Shown here one piece after another: positions 18,630 to 27,843 of a DNA stretch of 64,000 bases (position 1 is its first letter; the number at the start of each line of letters is the position of its first letter). The notes under the pieces were generated by a model. It saw nothing but the letters and a program-made list of their open reading frames with translations, was not told the DNA's origin and ran no database searches. The stretch spans positions 1,313,557 to 1,377,556 of the forward strand of contig NZ_CP130886.1 in the NCBI RefSeq assembly GCF_030622045.1. Direction: 5' to 3'. Source of the stretch: Planctellipticum variicoloris. Its GTDB lineage: Bacteria; Planctomycetota; Planctomycetia; Planctomycetales; Planctomycetaceae. Position numbers and translations under genes: made by a program.

Positions 18630-21002
18630 ATGGGGAGCAAATCGCAACGCCAGAAGGAACGGCACACGCGAAAGCGGCAGGAAAAACGGAAAGCCCAGAA
18701 ACAGTCGCAGTCGCAGTCGCCGGCGCGACGTCCGGAGATCCAGCGACACGACGATGTGCCGTTGGGCAGCAACGCACGTCATCGCCAGCGGCTGTCGCAA
18801 CAAACTCCGCGCGCCTGGCCGGATGAAACCCTCGAAGACGTTGCCGTCTTTGACGATTCGGCGCTCTCTGCCTTGCCGTCGGAATTGGCTGAGCAGGTCT
18901 CCGCGATTCGCGCCGCACTGCAGGACGCGTGCGAATCTCGCGGAGAAGTCGCCGTCGGACGCCTCTCCGTGATTTCCCGCGGCAGTCCGCTCAGTGAATG
19001 GCGGCTGTTCACTCGCGGACTGGTGGACTGGCTGGCGGAGGACGCCGAAGCTGCGAACGAAGCCTGGAAGCGTTTGAACCCCGAGCGGCGTCCCGGGCGA
19101 ATCGCGACGGCCATGATGGTCGCGCTGCGTTCCGATCTCGAGGACGTTTCTCACTCTCAGGGGACCGGCGAACCGTGCGACGAGTCGCAGTCGCCGTCGT
19201 GGAACCGCTGGGACGATCAACTGCTTTATCACGCCAAGCTCCTGCGGCGCGTCCGTTTTGATCGGGCCGCCATTCGCATCGCGGAAGCTGGCCTGAGCGT
19301 CCCGGAGGAATCGCGGGAGCTCCTTCTGGGGCCGAAGAAGCTGCAGTGGTTGCGGCGGTTTGTGGCGGAATATGGGGAGACCGAACCGGATCTGGCCGCC
19401 GCACTCTCGCAGGTCGCTCTCGGTCGAGCGTTCGCTCAGGAGTTCGGCAATCTCTTTGAAGAAGCGGCCAAATTGTTCCAGGGGCCGCGGCACGATCCCC
19501 GGAACCGGTTGCTCTCCTTTTTCTATTTCAGCCGATTCGCAGATGATTCTGTCGCGGAGAAAAAAGCAGAATGCCTGCTGGACAAGTATCTGAAAGAAGA
19601 TCTGCCCCGGAACGAGGCCCTGTCGGCGCCGCTCCGCGGCGCGATCGCCAGCCAGATCCACCTCAACGAAGCACTCTCGCTGATGCAGTCCGACCGCGGC
19701 GGCGGAATGATATCGCTAATGTTCGGGCCGCCCGAAAATCCCAAGGCGATTCGAGAAAATCTGCGGGCTGCGGTGAAGGCGGATTCCTCCAATCGCCCGG
19801 CGCACGAGGCTTACGTCGAGTGGATCGAATCCAAACTGGACGACGACCGGCTGGCGAAACCGAAGCGGAAGCCCCTCGAGGATGAGCTGGCCGCGGCCAT
19901 GAGCAGTTGGTCGAAGGCGCTGCCCGAGGACGTCGAGCCGCGATTGTGGCTGGTCGACCATCTGCTCGAAAACGAGTGTCTGGAGGACGCGAAGCCGCAC
20001 GTCGATTTTCTCGCCGCCTCCCGGCTGGACGATCCGCGCGTGCGCGCGACCCCCTGGAAGTGGCAGCTCCTGGAGGCGATGCGGCTGTGCCGCCGGAAGG
20101 CGTGGCTCGCAGACGTCCCGGCGCGATTGGACGAAGCCGAAAAGCTGTGGCCCGCATGGCTGCCGAAACAATGGCTGCCTTACCTGAGAGCCGCCGCCAC
20201 ATTGCGCAGCGGCCGAACCGAAGCGTTTGAGGACCAGCGCCGACAGATCTGTGAGGAATCGGGCCGGGGCCGGGATTCGCTGGCTGATGCCTGCATGATG
20301 CTGGGAGCGGCTCAACAGATGCGAGTTCCCGCGACCGATCTCGCACCATTGCGTGCGGCATTGGATGGCGTCTTAAAGCGGCTCGGCGGATTGCCGTTGG
20401 ATGAGTTGCTCGATGCCGGGGGCTTTTTCTGGGATTTGCAGCGCATTCAACTGCTCTACCCGGCCTACCGCATGCACGGAAAAAATATCGGAAAGGCGTT
20501 GTTGGCCCAATTGGCGAAGGCTTCCCGGCTGGTCCTGGAAGGCATGAATGACGAACGGATTCACAAGGCCTTCCTCTGGTGTTCGGAACATCGATTCTGG
20601 CCCGACAACTACGAAATCAAGTGGCCACCCTGCTACAAGGAAACCGCGATCCAGCGCCACCCGATTTTCGCTGCGGCCAAACTCAACGCTTATCTTCGGG
20701 GACGTTATCATTGGAGGTCTGAAGAATATCGGGAACTGGGGCCGATGTTGCGCGAGGCCGCCCAACTGCAGCGGGACGCTTACTATCGGTATTGGTTTGT
20801 CGCGCTGGCCGACGAGTTCGACGACGTGCTGGCAACGGATTCGATGCGGTTCTTCGGTTTTCCCTTCGGCAATGCATTCGGGACCGGCCACGAGGGCGAT
20901 TCCGAGGACGATGAAGGCGACGACCTGGATTTCGAGCCGAACTGCAATTGTGCCACGTGTCAGGCGGCCAGGCGGGCCGCTCAGAAATCGCAGCCGTTTT
21001 GA
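18630..21002 (+). CDS. Large hypothetical protein. Highly basic N-terminus, predicted helical body, C-terminal CNCATC motif. First gene of the Hsp70 operon.
   Basis: 790-aa ORF with protein-like composition. N-terminus MGSKSQRQKERHTRKRQEKRKAQKQ. Separated by 18 nt from the downstream J-like gene. No motif I recognise. Confidence 0.6.
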   Translation: MGSKSQRQKERHTRKRQEKRKAQKQSQSQSPARRPEIQRHDDVPLGSNARHRQRLSQQTPRAWPDETLEDVAVFDDSALSALPSELAEQVSAIRAALQDACESRGEVAVGRLSVISRGSPLSEWRLFTRGLVDWLAEDAEAANEAWKRLNPERRPGRIATAMMVALRSDLEDVSHSQGTGEPCDESQSPSWNRWDDQLLYHAKLLRRVRFDRAAIRIAEAGLSVPEESRELLLGPKKLQWLRRFVAEYGETEPDLAAALSQVALGRAFAQEFGNLFEEAAKLFQGPRHDPRNRLLSFFYFSRFADDSVAEKKAECLLDKYLKEDLPRNEALSAPLRGAIASQIHLNEALSLMQSDRGGGMISLMFGPPENPKAIRENLRAAVKADSSNRPAHEAYVEWIESKLDDDRLAKPKRKPLEDELAAAMSSWSKALPEDVEPRLWLVDHLLENECLEDAKPHVDFLAASRLDDPRVRATPWKWQLLEAMRLCRRKAWLADVPARLDEAEKLWPAWLPKQWLPYLRAAATLRSGRTEAFEDQRRQICEESGRGRDSLADACMMLGAAQQMRVPATDLAPLRAALDGVLKRLGGLPLDELLDAGGFFWDLQRIQLLYPAYRMHGKNIGKALLAQLAKASRLVLEGMNDERIHKAFLWCSEHRFWPDNYEIKWPPCYKETAIQRHPIFAAAKLNAYLRGRYHWRSEEYRELGPMLREAAQLQRDAYYRYWFVALADEFDDVLATDSMRFFGFPFGNAFGTGHEGDSEDDEGDDLDFEPNCNCATCQAARRAAQKSQPF

Positions 21003-21020
21003 CGACGAGGAGCTTCACCG

Positions 21021-21371
21021 ATGAATCCGTCGACGTCCGCTGAAACGACCTCCGATCCCTTCGCAATCCTGGGCGTGTCGCGAGACGCCGGCGAGGCGGA
21101 GGTCCGCGCCCGGTATCTGGAGCTGGTGAAGCAGTTTCCTCCGGACCGGGAACCCGAACGGTTCCGCGAAATCCGCTCGGCCTTCGAGGCGGTCAAGGAT
21201 CCGCTGTCGATCGCCCGACGCCTGGTCCAGCCCCCTCCCGAGGAAGTTCCTCGGTGGTCCGATGCGATCGAAGCGCAACGGCGGAACCCACCCCGGTTGT
21301 CCCCTGCGTTCCTGTTGAGCCTGGGCAATCGGGCTTCGGACAATTCCGCAACTCCGCCGGCGCCGGCCTGA
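21021..21371 (+). CDS. J-domain-like co-chaperone with a degenerate HPD motif (reads PPD), no DnaJ C-terminal domains
   Basis: DPFAILGVSRDAGEAEVRARYLELVKQFPPDREPERFREIRSAFEAV matches J-domain helices II-III, with PPD where HPD is expected. Only 116 aa. Confidence 0.6.
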   Translation: MNPSTSAETTSDPFAILGVSRDAGEAEVRARYLELVKQFPPDREPERFREIRSAFEAVKDPLSIARRLVQPPPEEVPRWSDAIEAQRRNPPRLSPAFLLSLGNRASDNSATPPAPA

Positions 21372-21440
21372 ACCAGCGCGCCCGGAATTCCAATTGCGGC
21401 GACGATCGGCCCCTTTGCGACATCGTGAGACAGACGCTCC

Positions 21441-22160
21441 ATGAATGACTCGATGTTCCAGCGGGAATCGTCCGGTGAACCACCCTGTGGGGAAACCCCG
21501 TCGCGCGACGAGGCGCCGCCGCAGTTTGGAGCGGTGGACATCGTCGAAGCGTTCACCGCGATGCGGCACGAGTGGCGCGGACAAACCAAAGAAAGCCGCG
21601 CGCTGGCCGAGCAGATTCAGGCCGCGGTGACGAACCTTCAATCGCTGGAATCGAAACTGCTCGTCCGCGCCGCCGACAGCCGTCCCGACGATTCAGCCGC
21701 TGCCAGACAACTCGCGCTGCTCATCGTTGAGACGGATCATCAGCTCTCCCGGGCGGTCGCCGCGATCGCGCAATGGGAAAGGAATCGAAGACTCCGCGAG
21801 GAGGCGGACGCGAATGCGGTCGACCTCTACTTCGCGGGGATGAACGGAGTGGCCCGCTGGTTTGCCCGTCCGTTGCTGACGTTCGTCGTCGAACAACGCC
21901 GGGTTCAAAGTCCGGCCGCCGAGAATCCCGCGATCGAAGGGCTGAACCTGGTCCTGACGCGACTTCGCCGCGCGATGAATGACCGCGACATCGATCGACT
22001 CGATACCGAGGGAAGCGAATTTGACGCGAACACCATGCGCGCCATCGGCGCCGTCGAATCGGTGGATTGTCCCTCCGGACACGTCGTGGAGCAGCTTGCG
22101 CCGGCCTACCGCTGGCAGGGTCGGCTGTTGCGATTCGCGGATGTGAGAGTGGCGAAGTAA
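21441..22160 (+). CDS. grpE: GrpE-like nucleotide-exchange factor
   Basis: C-terminal GrpE signature TEGSEFDANTMRAIGAVESVD...GHVVEQLAPAYRWQGRLLRFADVRVAK. Coiled-coil N-terminal half. Confidence 0.75.
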   Translation: MNDSMFQRESSGEPPCGETPSRDEAPPQFGAVDIVEAFTAMRHEWRGQTKESRALAEQIQAAVTNLQSLESKLLVRAADSRPDDSAAARQLALLIVETDHQLSRAVAAIAQWERNRRLREEADANAVDLYFAGMNGVARWFARPLLTFVVEQRRVQSPAAENPAIEGLNLVLTRLRRAMNDRDIDRLDTEGSEFDANTMRAIGAVESVDCPSGHVVEQLAPAYRWQGRLLRFADVRVAK

Positions 22161-22201
22161 TTTCGACCGGGGACATGGACGTATCACAGGAGGAGAAACG
22201 T

Positions 22202-24022
22202 ATGGCCGATCTTCGAGATCCCGTCGTCGGCATCGACCTGGGGACCACCAACAGCGTGGTGGCGATCGTCATCGACGGGCAGCCGCGCGTCCTGGAGGAA
22301 GCGGGAGAGAAGCTTCTGCCGTCGGTGGTGGGGATCAATCCGCAGGGGCAACTGGTCACAGGCGTGATCGCGCAGAACCAACTGGCCGCGTTCCCCGACC
22401 GCACCGTGGCGTCGATCAAACGCCGGATGGGGCGCATGGATCCCGTTCCGCTCGGCGACCAGACGTTCACGCCGCCGGAAATCAGCGCCATGATTCTCCG
22501 TCGCCTGCGGGACCGGGCCAGCCGCGCAATCGGACAGCCCGTGAATCGGGCGGTGATCACGGTTCCGGCATTCTTCGACGAGAACCAGCGCCAGGCGACC
22601 CGCGAAGCGGCGGCGCTCGCGGGTCTGTCGGTCGAACGCATCATCAACGAACCGACCGCCGCAACTCTGGTCTATCACGTCGGCTCGCAGGATCGGAAGC
22701 AGATCGCGGTCTACGATTTCGGCGGCGGAACCTTCGACGTCTCGATTGTCCGCATGGAGGGGGGCGTTATCGAAGTTCTCAGCAGCCGCGGCGACGTTCG
22801 CCTGGGAGGTGACGATCTCGACGAGGTGCTGGCCAATTACGTCGCCGATCAGTTCCAGGCCGAGCAGGGGTTGGACTTGCGCGAGAGCCCGCAGGCGCGG
22901 TATCGCTTATGGCAGGCGTGCGAACGGGCCAAGCGGCGGCTTTCGACCGAGGAGACCGCGCAGATTGCGGAAGAGTTCATCGCCGAAAAAAACGGCGAAC
23001 CCGTGCACCTGACGGCGACGGTCACGCGAGAAGAGTTCGAAGAGCTGATCGAGCCGTTCGTCGCGCGTACAATCCAGAGCCTCGACGAAGCGCTGCGCGA
23101 GGCAGGGCTGACGATTCACCAAATTGACGATCTGGTGCTGGTGGGAGGCTCCACGCGCATTCCGCTGGTCGAAGAACGTCTGCGCGAGGAGTTTTTGCGG
23201 GAACCCAGTCGCGCGGTCGACCCCGATCTGGCGGTCGCCCTGGGAGCCGCCGTGCAGGCCGCCATGATCGACGGTCGATCCGTGGGACCCGTACTGGTGG
23301 ACGTGACCGGACATACCCTCGGGATCGAGGCCTGCGTCGGGATGACGTTCGCCGGGCCGCAAATGGAATTCTCCCCGATCATCCATCGGAACACCCCCCT
23401 TCCCGCGCGCTACGAACAAGCCTACTCGACCATGCACGACGACCAGGATTCGGCGGAAATCCACGTGCTTCAGGGGGAACGGCCCGAGGTGCACCGCAAT
23501 CGGTCGATCGGACGGTTCCGGCTCGATCTCAAAGCGGGCGGCGGGGACCGCAGCAAGATCGTCGTCCGATTCGATCTGACGCTGGACGGCACGCTCAAAG
23601 TGACCGCGACGCAACCCGCGACGGGCCTCAGCCGAGTTCTGGCCGTCGACAATGCGCTCAGCCAGTTCCAGGCCGACGAGCGAGACCGCGCGGAATCGCG
23701 TCTGGATGCGATGTTCGGCTCCTCCGAGGAATTCGCCGATGAAGGGGAGTTTCCTCCTTCTTCCAACCAATGGGACGACCGGGACTCCGATCGCCCGAGC
23801 ACGCCGACTGCCGCCGATTCCCAGACCGCGGAATCGAGATTTCCGGAAGCCGTCTCGCTTCTCAAAAAGGCGGAGATGTTGAAAACGTCCGTCGAAGGCC
23901 AGGACGCACGGGACATCGAGTCGCTTTGCGAGAATCTGAAGAACGCCATGGCGGTCGATGATCGCGCGGCCGTGGCCGGTCTCGGCGAGGAACTGGAGGA
24001 TATTCTATTCTATGTCCGATGA
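22202..24022 (+). CDS. Hsp70-family ATPase (DnaK paralog, 606 aa)
   Basis: VVGIDLGTTNSVVAIV, VITVPAFFDENQRQATREAAALAGLSVERIINEPTAATLVY, IAVYDFGGGTFDVSIV, LVLVGGSTRIP. Start is the ATG at 22202; the ORF track start at 22067 lies inside grpE. Confidence 0.9.
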   Translation: MADLRDPVVGIDLGTTNSVVAIVIDGQPRVLEEAGEKLLPSVVGINPQGQLVTGVIAQNQLAAFPDRTVASIKRRMGRMDPVPLGDQTFTPPEISAMILRRLRDRASRAIGQPVNRAVITVPAFFDENQRQATREAAALAGLSVERIINEPTAATLVYHVGSQDRKQIAVYDFGGGTFDVSIVRMEGGVIEVLSSRGDVRLGGDDLDEVLANYVADQFQAEQGLDLRESPQARYRLWQACERAKRRLSTEETAQIAEEFIAEKNGEPVHLTATVTREEFEELIEPFVARTIQSLDEALREAGLTIHQIDDLVLVGGSTRIPLVEERLREEFLREPSRAVDPDLAVALGAAVQAAMIDGRSVGPVLVDVTGHTLGIEACVGMTFAGPQMEFSPIIHRNTPLPARYEQAYSTMHDDQDSAEIHVLQGERPEVHRNRSIGRFRLDLKAGGGDRSKIVVRFDLTLDGTLKVTATQPATGLSRVLAVDNALSQFQADERDRAESRLDAMFGSSEEFADEGEFPPSSNQWDDRDSDRPSTPTAADSQTAESRFPEAVSLLKKAEMLKTSVEGQDARDIESLCENLKNAMAVDDRAAVAGLGEELEDILFYVR

Positions 24023-24230
24023 GTCCGCTTTCCGTTGCCCCGTCTGCCGCGCGGCGCAGACATTGCGCGAGACCTGTCGCCGTTGCCAGGCGGATCTTCG
24101 GCTGGTGATGCGCGCTCATCGCCGGCTGGCGTACTTGAAACACCAGCGAACGCAAGCGCAGACGACCGGCGAAGACGACCGCGAACGGAGTCTCGCCGCC
24201 GAACTGCACTGGCTGGCGCCGGCCCGCTGA
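24012..24230 (+). CDS. Small zinc-ribbon protein, overlapping the Hsp70 stop by 11 nt
   Basis: MSDESAFRCPVCRAAQTLRETCRRCQADL (CxxC...CxxC). ATG at 24012 overlaps the Hsp70 stop (TGA 24020-24022). Confidence 0.5.
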   Translation: MSDESAFRCPVCRAAQTLRETCRRCQADLRLVMRAHRRLAYLKHQRTQAQTTGEDDRERSLAAELHWLAPAR

Positions 24231-24240
24231 CGTCGCGGCG

Positions 24241-24981
24241 TCAGTTGCCTTCCGCGATGTCTCGTGCACTCACGAGCTTCAAACGCCCGAAAGGATTGTG
24301 CATCGGGCTCCGGGCATCGAAGTCGTCGCTCGTTCGAGCCACGACCTGGAATCGCGGTCCCCGTTCGTCCGCCAGGATGTGGCCGACGTCAACTGGTCGA
24401 CCGCTGCTGCAGATGTAGCGGATCATTTCGATAATCGTCCGGCCTTGCTCGTCGACGTCGGAAGGACTCATCAGGAGATCGGGGAATCCTATCGCCTGCA
24501 TGCCCATCGTATACACCTGCCGCCGACCGCGGACGATCGAAGCGAATGCGAAGCTGATGGCGTCCGGCCCTCCGTCATCCGTCATCTTGATCCAATCCTC
24601 GCCCCCATGAGCCAGGGCGCTGCTGTCGACGAACACGCCCGCCCCGCCGGCTTGCACGATGGCTGCGCCGGCTTGCATCATTGTCCTGGCCGACTCCAAA
24701 GAACCTCCGGGGCCGCTCAACCCCACGTTTACGGTGTATCGGGCGACGACTGCCAGTTCGTCGTCCTTGGGAGGCCGGCGGCACGACGATTCAAAGATCT
24801 GGGGAAACTCGCCGTCCGGCGGCATCGGGATGAAATCGATCGACGTATCGTCCGGCAGAAACAAGGTGTCGGGAGCCAGGCGAAAACCATCCGGCAGACG
24901 CTCCAGAAGCTCGCCAGGATGCGACCAGCTCCCGGGAATGCGCAGCGTAATTCTGAGAGAGTTGTGCTTTATCCCGTTCAT
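24241..24981 (-). CDS. Hypothetical protein
   Basis: 246-aa ORF with coding-like codon usage, convergent with the zinc-ribbon gene. No recognisable motif. Confidence 0.45.
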   Translation of the reverse strand: MNGIKHNSLRITLRIPGSWSHPGELLERLPDGFRLAPDTLFLPDDTSIDFIPMPPDGEFPQIFESSCRRPPKDDELAVVARYTVNVGLSGPGGSLESARTMMQAGAAIVQAGGAGVFVDSSALAHGGEDWIKMTDDGGPDAISFAFASIVRGRRQVYTMGMQAIGFPDLLMSPSDVDEQGRTIIEMIRYICSSGRPVDVGHILADERGPRFQVVARTSDDFDARSPMHNPFGRLKLVSARDIAEGN

Positions 24982-25370
24982 CGCTCATGAGCCTCTGCCA
25001 CGACGTCGACGACCTGAAACATTCCGCAATTCTCTGACATGCGCCTCAAATTGGCGCCGGCCAACCACTCCCGGAATTGAGACCTCCAGCTTACCAATCC
25101 GGCCAGGAAAAGCTCTGACGGTGTCCCGCCATCCCGACTTTCTTCAACTCATCCGGCGAATGCGTGCTGCCGGGGAATGCGTGCTGAGGGTGGCGAAAGC
25201 ACGGACATGCGGCCGTCATTGGGGGTTACGACAACAGCCTCAAACGACAGGAGTCCGCATGTCCGCCGATCCGTTGGACCGCGCCTTCGGGATAGCCGGC
25301 GACCGCGTCACACAAACCTTGTGGGAGCAGAACGCGATCGTGCTGCTGTCCGGAGCAGCCCCGGCAGAAG

Positions 25371-25881
25371 TTGCGCTGCTCGGCCTGTGGATCTCGTGAC
25401 GTCCATCCCCAGGGATCAGTCTCGCGTGAGTTCAAAACGCTCCCGATCGGTTCCCAAACCGTCCGGCTGCAACTCGCCGTGCCGCGGGTGCTCTGCCGGA
25501 CGTGTCGCCTCGAACGCCAGCGGCTGGAGGAAACGCTGCGGCTGAACGGCTCGCTGGCGAAGGCGTACTCCTTGACAGGGGATCTGCTGCAGGTCTGGGA
25601 ACACCCGGACAAGCGGACGGGCGAGCTGGTGCTGGAGCGCCGGATCCGCATGGCGGAAGCGTCGGGCATCCGGCCGCTCATCCAGCTTGCCAAGACGCTG
25701 CGCAAACACCGGCAGGACCTCCTGGCCTGGTACGACCACCCAATCTCAACGGGGTTCGCTGGAGGGGGCGAACACCAAGATCAAACTCCTGCAGCGGCAG
25801 GCGTTCGACTTTCGCGACAAGGAATTCTTCAAGCTCAGGCTGCCCGGCCTGCACTGCAGTCAGCACGCATTCGTCGGTTGA
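25371..25881 (+). pseudogene. ISL3-family transposase remnant. N-terminal zinc-finger region joined to the C-terminal tail by an internal deletion plus frameshift.
   Basis: N-terminal part: CSACGSRDVHPQGSVSREFKTLPIGSQTVRLQLAVPRVLCRTC (zf-ISL3-like). C-terminal part, in another frame: GSLEGANTKIKLLQRQAFDFRDKEFFKLRL (ISL3 tail). The roughly 300-aa catalytic core is missing. No clear terminal IRs seen. Confidence 0.65.
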
Positions 25882-26056
25882 GCCGAAATGTTTGAGTCTC
25901 CACCCGAAGAAGTCTTGAATGAACTGCGAACCTGCGGCTGGAGACGGAATTCGAGCCCGACGGATTACTACGGTTGACCGCGACATGGCCTTCGCGCCGC
26001 TCAGGTCACAACAGGTGATCGTCCCGCTCTTCCAGTGCGTGGCCGAACGGTGATGA

Positions 26057-26581
26057 TCATTTACTGTTCGCAGGCGGCGGTGATTGCTTTTCTTGGATCG
26101 TCGCTTCGAGCAACCGAACGACTTCTTCATAGCGAGGGCTCGGGACGTTGAAGCTTCCGACCGCATTTCGGCTCATCGGAGAGTTTCGGTCAGCGGCAGA
26201 CCGGGCCGCCTGGAGGGTTGGAAGCAGGCCAAACCACCGCGCTGCCTCGGCCGCGAACATTGGAGAGAGTGCCTCAAGTGCCAAGACCTGGTCTTCGGTT
26301 GTGTCCTTGAACTGTAGCAGTCGTTCCGGCCAGACATCTGTCGGTTGAACGTAAAAGGAGCAGTTCCAAGGCTTTGGGTTAGTCCTGACGTTCCGAAGCA
26401 GCTCGCACCCAAACGTCACCTGAAAGCAGTCGTTCCACTTTCCGCAGCGAAAGTCTATGACGTCCACGAAGTCCGGCCGCCACCGTCGCATCGTTCGCCC
26501 TGGCTGCATGAATCCAAGCGAACACACGGCCGGGGCCACATGCCGGACAATCAGGCGGCGAACGTCATTCCATCGCAGCAA
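26057..26581 (-). CDS. Hypothetical cassette protein (lower GC)
   Basis: 174-aa ORF with a TTG start, reduced GC. Ends inside a palindromic element at about 26045-26095. Confidence 0.4.
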   Translation of the reverse strand: MLRWNDVRRLIVRHVAPAVCSLGFMQPGRTMRRWRPDFVDVIDFRCGKWNDCFQVTFGCELLRNVRTNPKPWNCSFYVQPTDVWPERLLQFKDTTEDQVLALEALSPMFAAEAARWFGLLPTLQAARSAADRNSPMSRNAVGSFNVPSPRYEEVVRLLEATIQEKQSPPPANSK

Positions 26582-26707
26582 CTCTCCGGTCCTCTATTCG
26601 ACCAAATGCCGAATCCGCGAGCACGACAAAAGTCTGCGACGCAGCGTCTCAGAGTGCAACCAACCGGCAACCGGCGCCTCGACACCAGAGCGGGCAGTGC
26701 AGCCGCC

Positions 26708-26734
26708 GACGGTGATCAGCAGTTACCGTTGCGA
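26708..26734. repeat. Palindromic element (a): GACGGTGATCAGCAGTTACCGTTGCGA
   Basis: Imperfect hairpin ACGGT/ACCGT. Related copies at about 26045-26095 and at 27039, 27609, 28201, 28744, 29613. Confidence 0.6.
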
Positions 26735-26846
26735 GGCGTCTCCGAGACCAATCCGCGTGACACGGCGTCAGGGCAAAGCCTCGTGACACTCGCCGCCAAG
26801 CCCTGTAGACTCCTGGCTGTTCTGCGTCGATGAGAGGTTAACGCCA

Positions 26847-27047
26847 ATGGCTGGTTCCGCAGTTCGTTCATTCTTCAGGTTCCTGGCTGCCTGCGCGGCA
26901 ACCGTCTGCGGCTTGTTGGCGTTGAGCAGCTTCATGATGGGTGCCTGGCAGTTGGATCGGGGGCTGGTCTCCGTCGCTGCCGTCAACGCGATCATGTGCT
27001 GGGTCTGGTTCCGGGTTAGCGTCGGCCAGCCCATCGCTCAACGGTGA
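26847..27047 (+). CDS. Small hydrophobic hypothetical protein (doubtful)
   Basis: 66-aa ORF with two hydrophobic segments. Ends exactly at palindromic element (b). Confidence 0.25.
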   Translation: MAGSAVRSFFRFLAACAATVCGLLALSSFMMGAWQLDRGLVSVAAVNAIMCWVWFRVSVGQPIAQR

Positions 27048-27066
27048 TTGCTTGTTACCGTTGCGA
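27039..27066. repeat. Palindromic element (b): CAACGGTGATTGCTTGTTACCGTTGCGA
   Basis: Stem CAACGGT/ACCGTTG with an 11-nt loop. Confidence 0.6.
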
Positions 27067-27154
27067 AAGGCTTGAAACAGCGGCGTACGGCTGCGTGGAA
27101 TTCAGCAGCGGGCGGTGACGTTTTCGAAGCGTGTCGGGCGGCAGCCGACAACTT

Positions 27155-27184
27155 TTGACCGACGTCGAACCGATGGTGTAGGAT
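27155..27184 (+). promoter_or_regulatory. Putative sigma70-like promoter (TTGACC-N18-TAGGAT) upstream of the 27230 gene
   Basis: Hexamers at 27155-27160 and 27179-27184. Shares a GATCnAGGTCG core with the two minus-strand promoter modules. The 18-nt spacer is long. Confidence 0.3.
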
Positions 27185-27229
27185 CGAGGTCGGGATGTTT
27201 CGAATGTCCCGGCGAGGTAGGACGCTTCG

Positions 27230-27526
27230 ATGATCACAATCGTACTGGAGCAAGGTGAGTCCGTTGTTTCAACGTGTGGCCGAGAGGAAAACGAACGCTA
27301 TTTGCTGGGTCGTCAGGATTCGCTCAAATTGCTGTCGCAGCTATCTGACTGCGGCTACGACACATTTGGGAAGGACGATATGCCGGAGTTGATCGGAGAA
27401 CTTCAGGCTGTACGCGAATGCGTAGGAGATCGCGACAGATGCCACGTCGATCAAATCATCGCCCTTGCCGTCCGCTGCCAAGCCGGGAATGGAATGACGT
27501 TGACGTTCACGCCATTCGGCGAATGA
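27230..27526 (+). CDS. Small hypothetical cassette protein (about 52% GC)
   Basis: 98-aa ORF: MITIVLEQGESVVSTCGREENERYLLGRQDSLKLLSQLSDCGYDTFGKDDMPELIGELQAVRECVGDRDRCHVDQIIALAVRCQ. Reads like a soluble immunity/orphan-type protein. Confidence 0.45.
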   Translation: MITIVLEQGESVVSTCGREENERYLLGRQDSLKLLSQLSDCGYDTFGKDDMPELIGELQAVRECVGDRDRCHVDQIIALAVRCQAGNGMTLTFTPFGE

Positions 27527-27608
27527 TGGATAGGAAAGGCTAATTGCCAAGCGCCACCTCAAGGCGGAAGCTGTTTGCAGTGCCGACCGGCCGAAAGTGA
27601 CTTCCGCT

Positions 27609-27678
27609 GACGGTGATTAGTAATCAGCTCGCGGCGGCTGGCCGTCGGCCGCTCGGTAACCAGTCGTTACCGTTGAGA
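27609..27678. repeat. Palindromic element (c), long form: GACGGTGATTAG...GTTACCGTTGAGA
   Basis: Same left and right cores as (a) and (b), separated by a roughly 50-nt GC-rich spacer. Confidence 0.5.
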
Positions 27679-27843
27679 CGCGTGGCATGTCGTGCCGGGG
27701 GCCTTCAGGCGAGTCCGCCAGCGGGTGATTCGTCGTAACTCGCTGCGCCGGACCGCGTTGACAAGTAGCGAAGTCCGCACACCCTCAACGGCGTGTGTCG
27801 AGGGGTTTAGAGGGCAAGCCGTAGTCGCTCCGGAGACAAGCTG

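Noticed and set aside
26345-26833. 162-aa plus-strand ORF overlapping the 26057..26581 minus-strand gene and palindromic element (a)
   Set aside because: It overlaps a better-supported gene on the other strand, runs through a hairpin repeat, and shows no coding-like periodicity or motifs.
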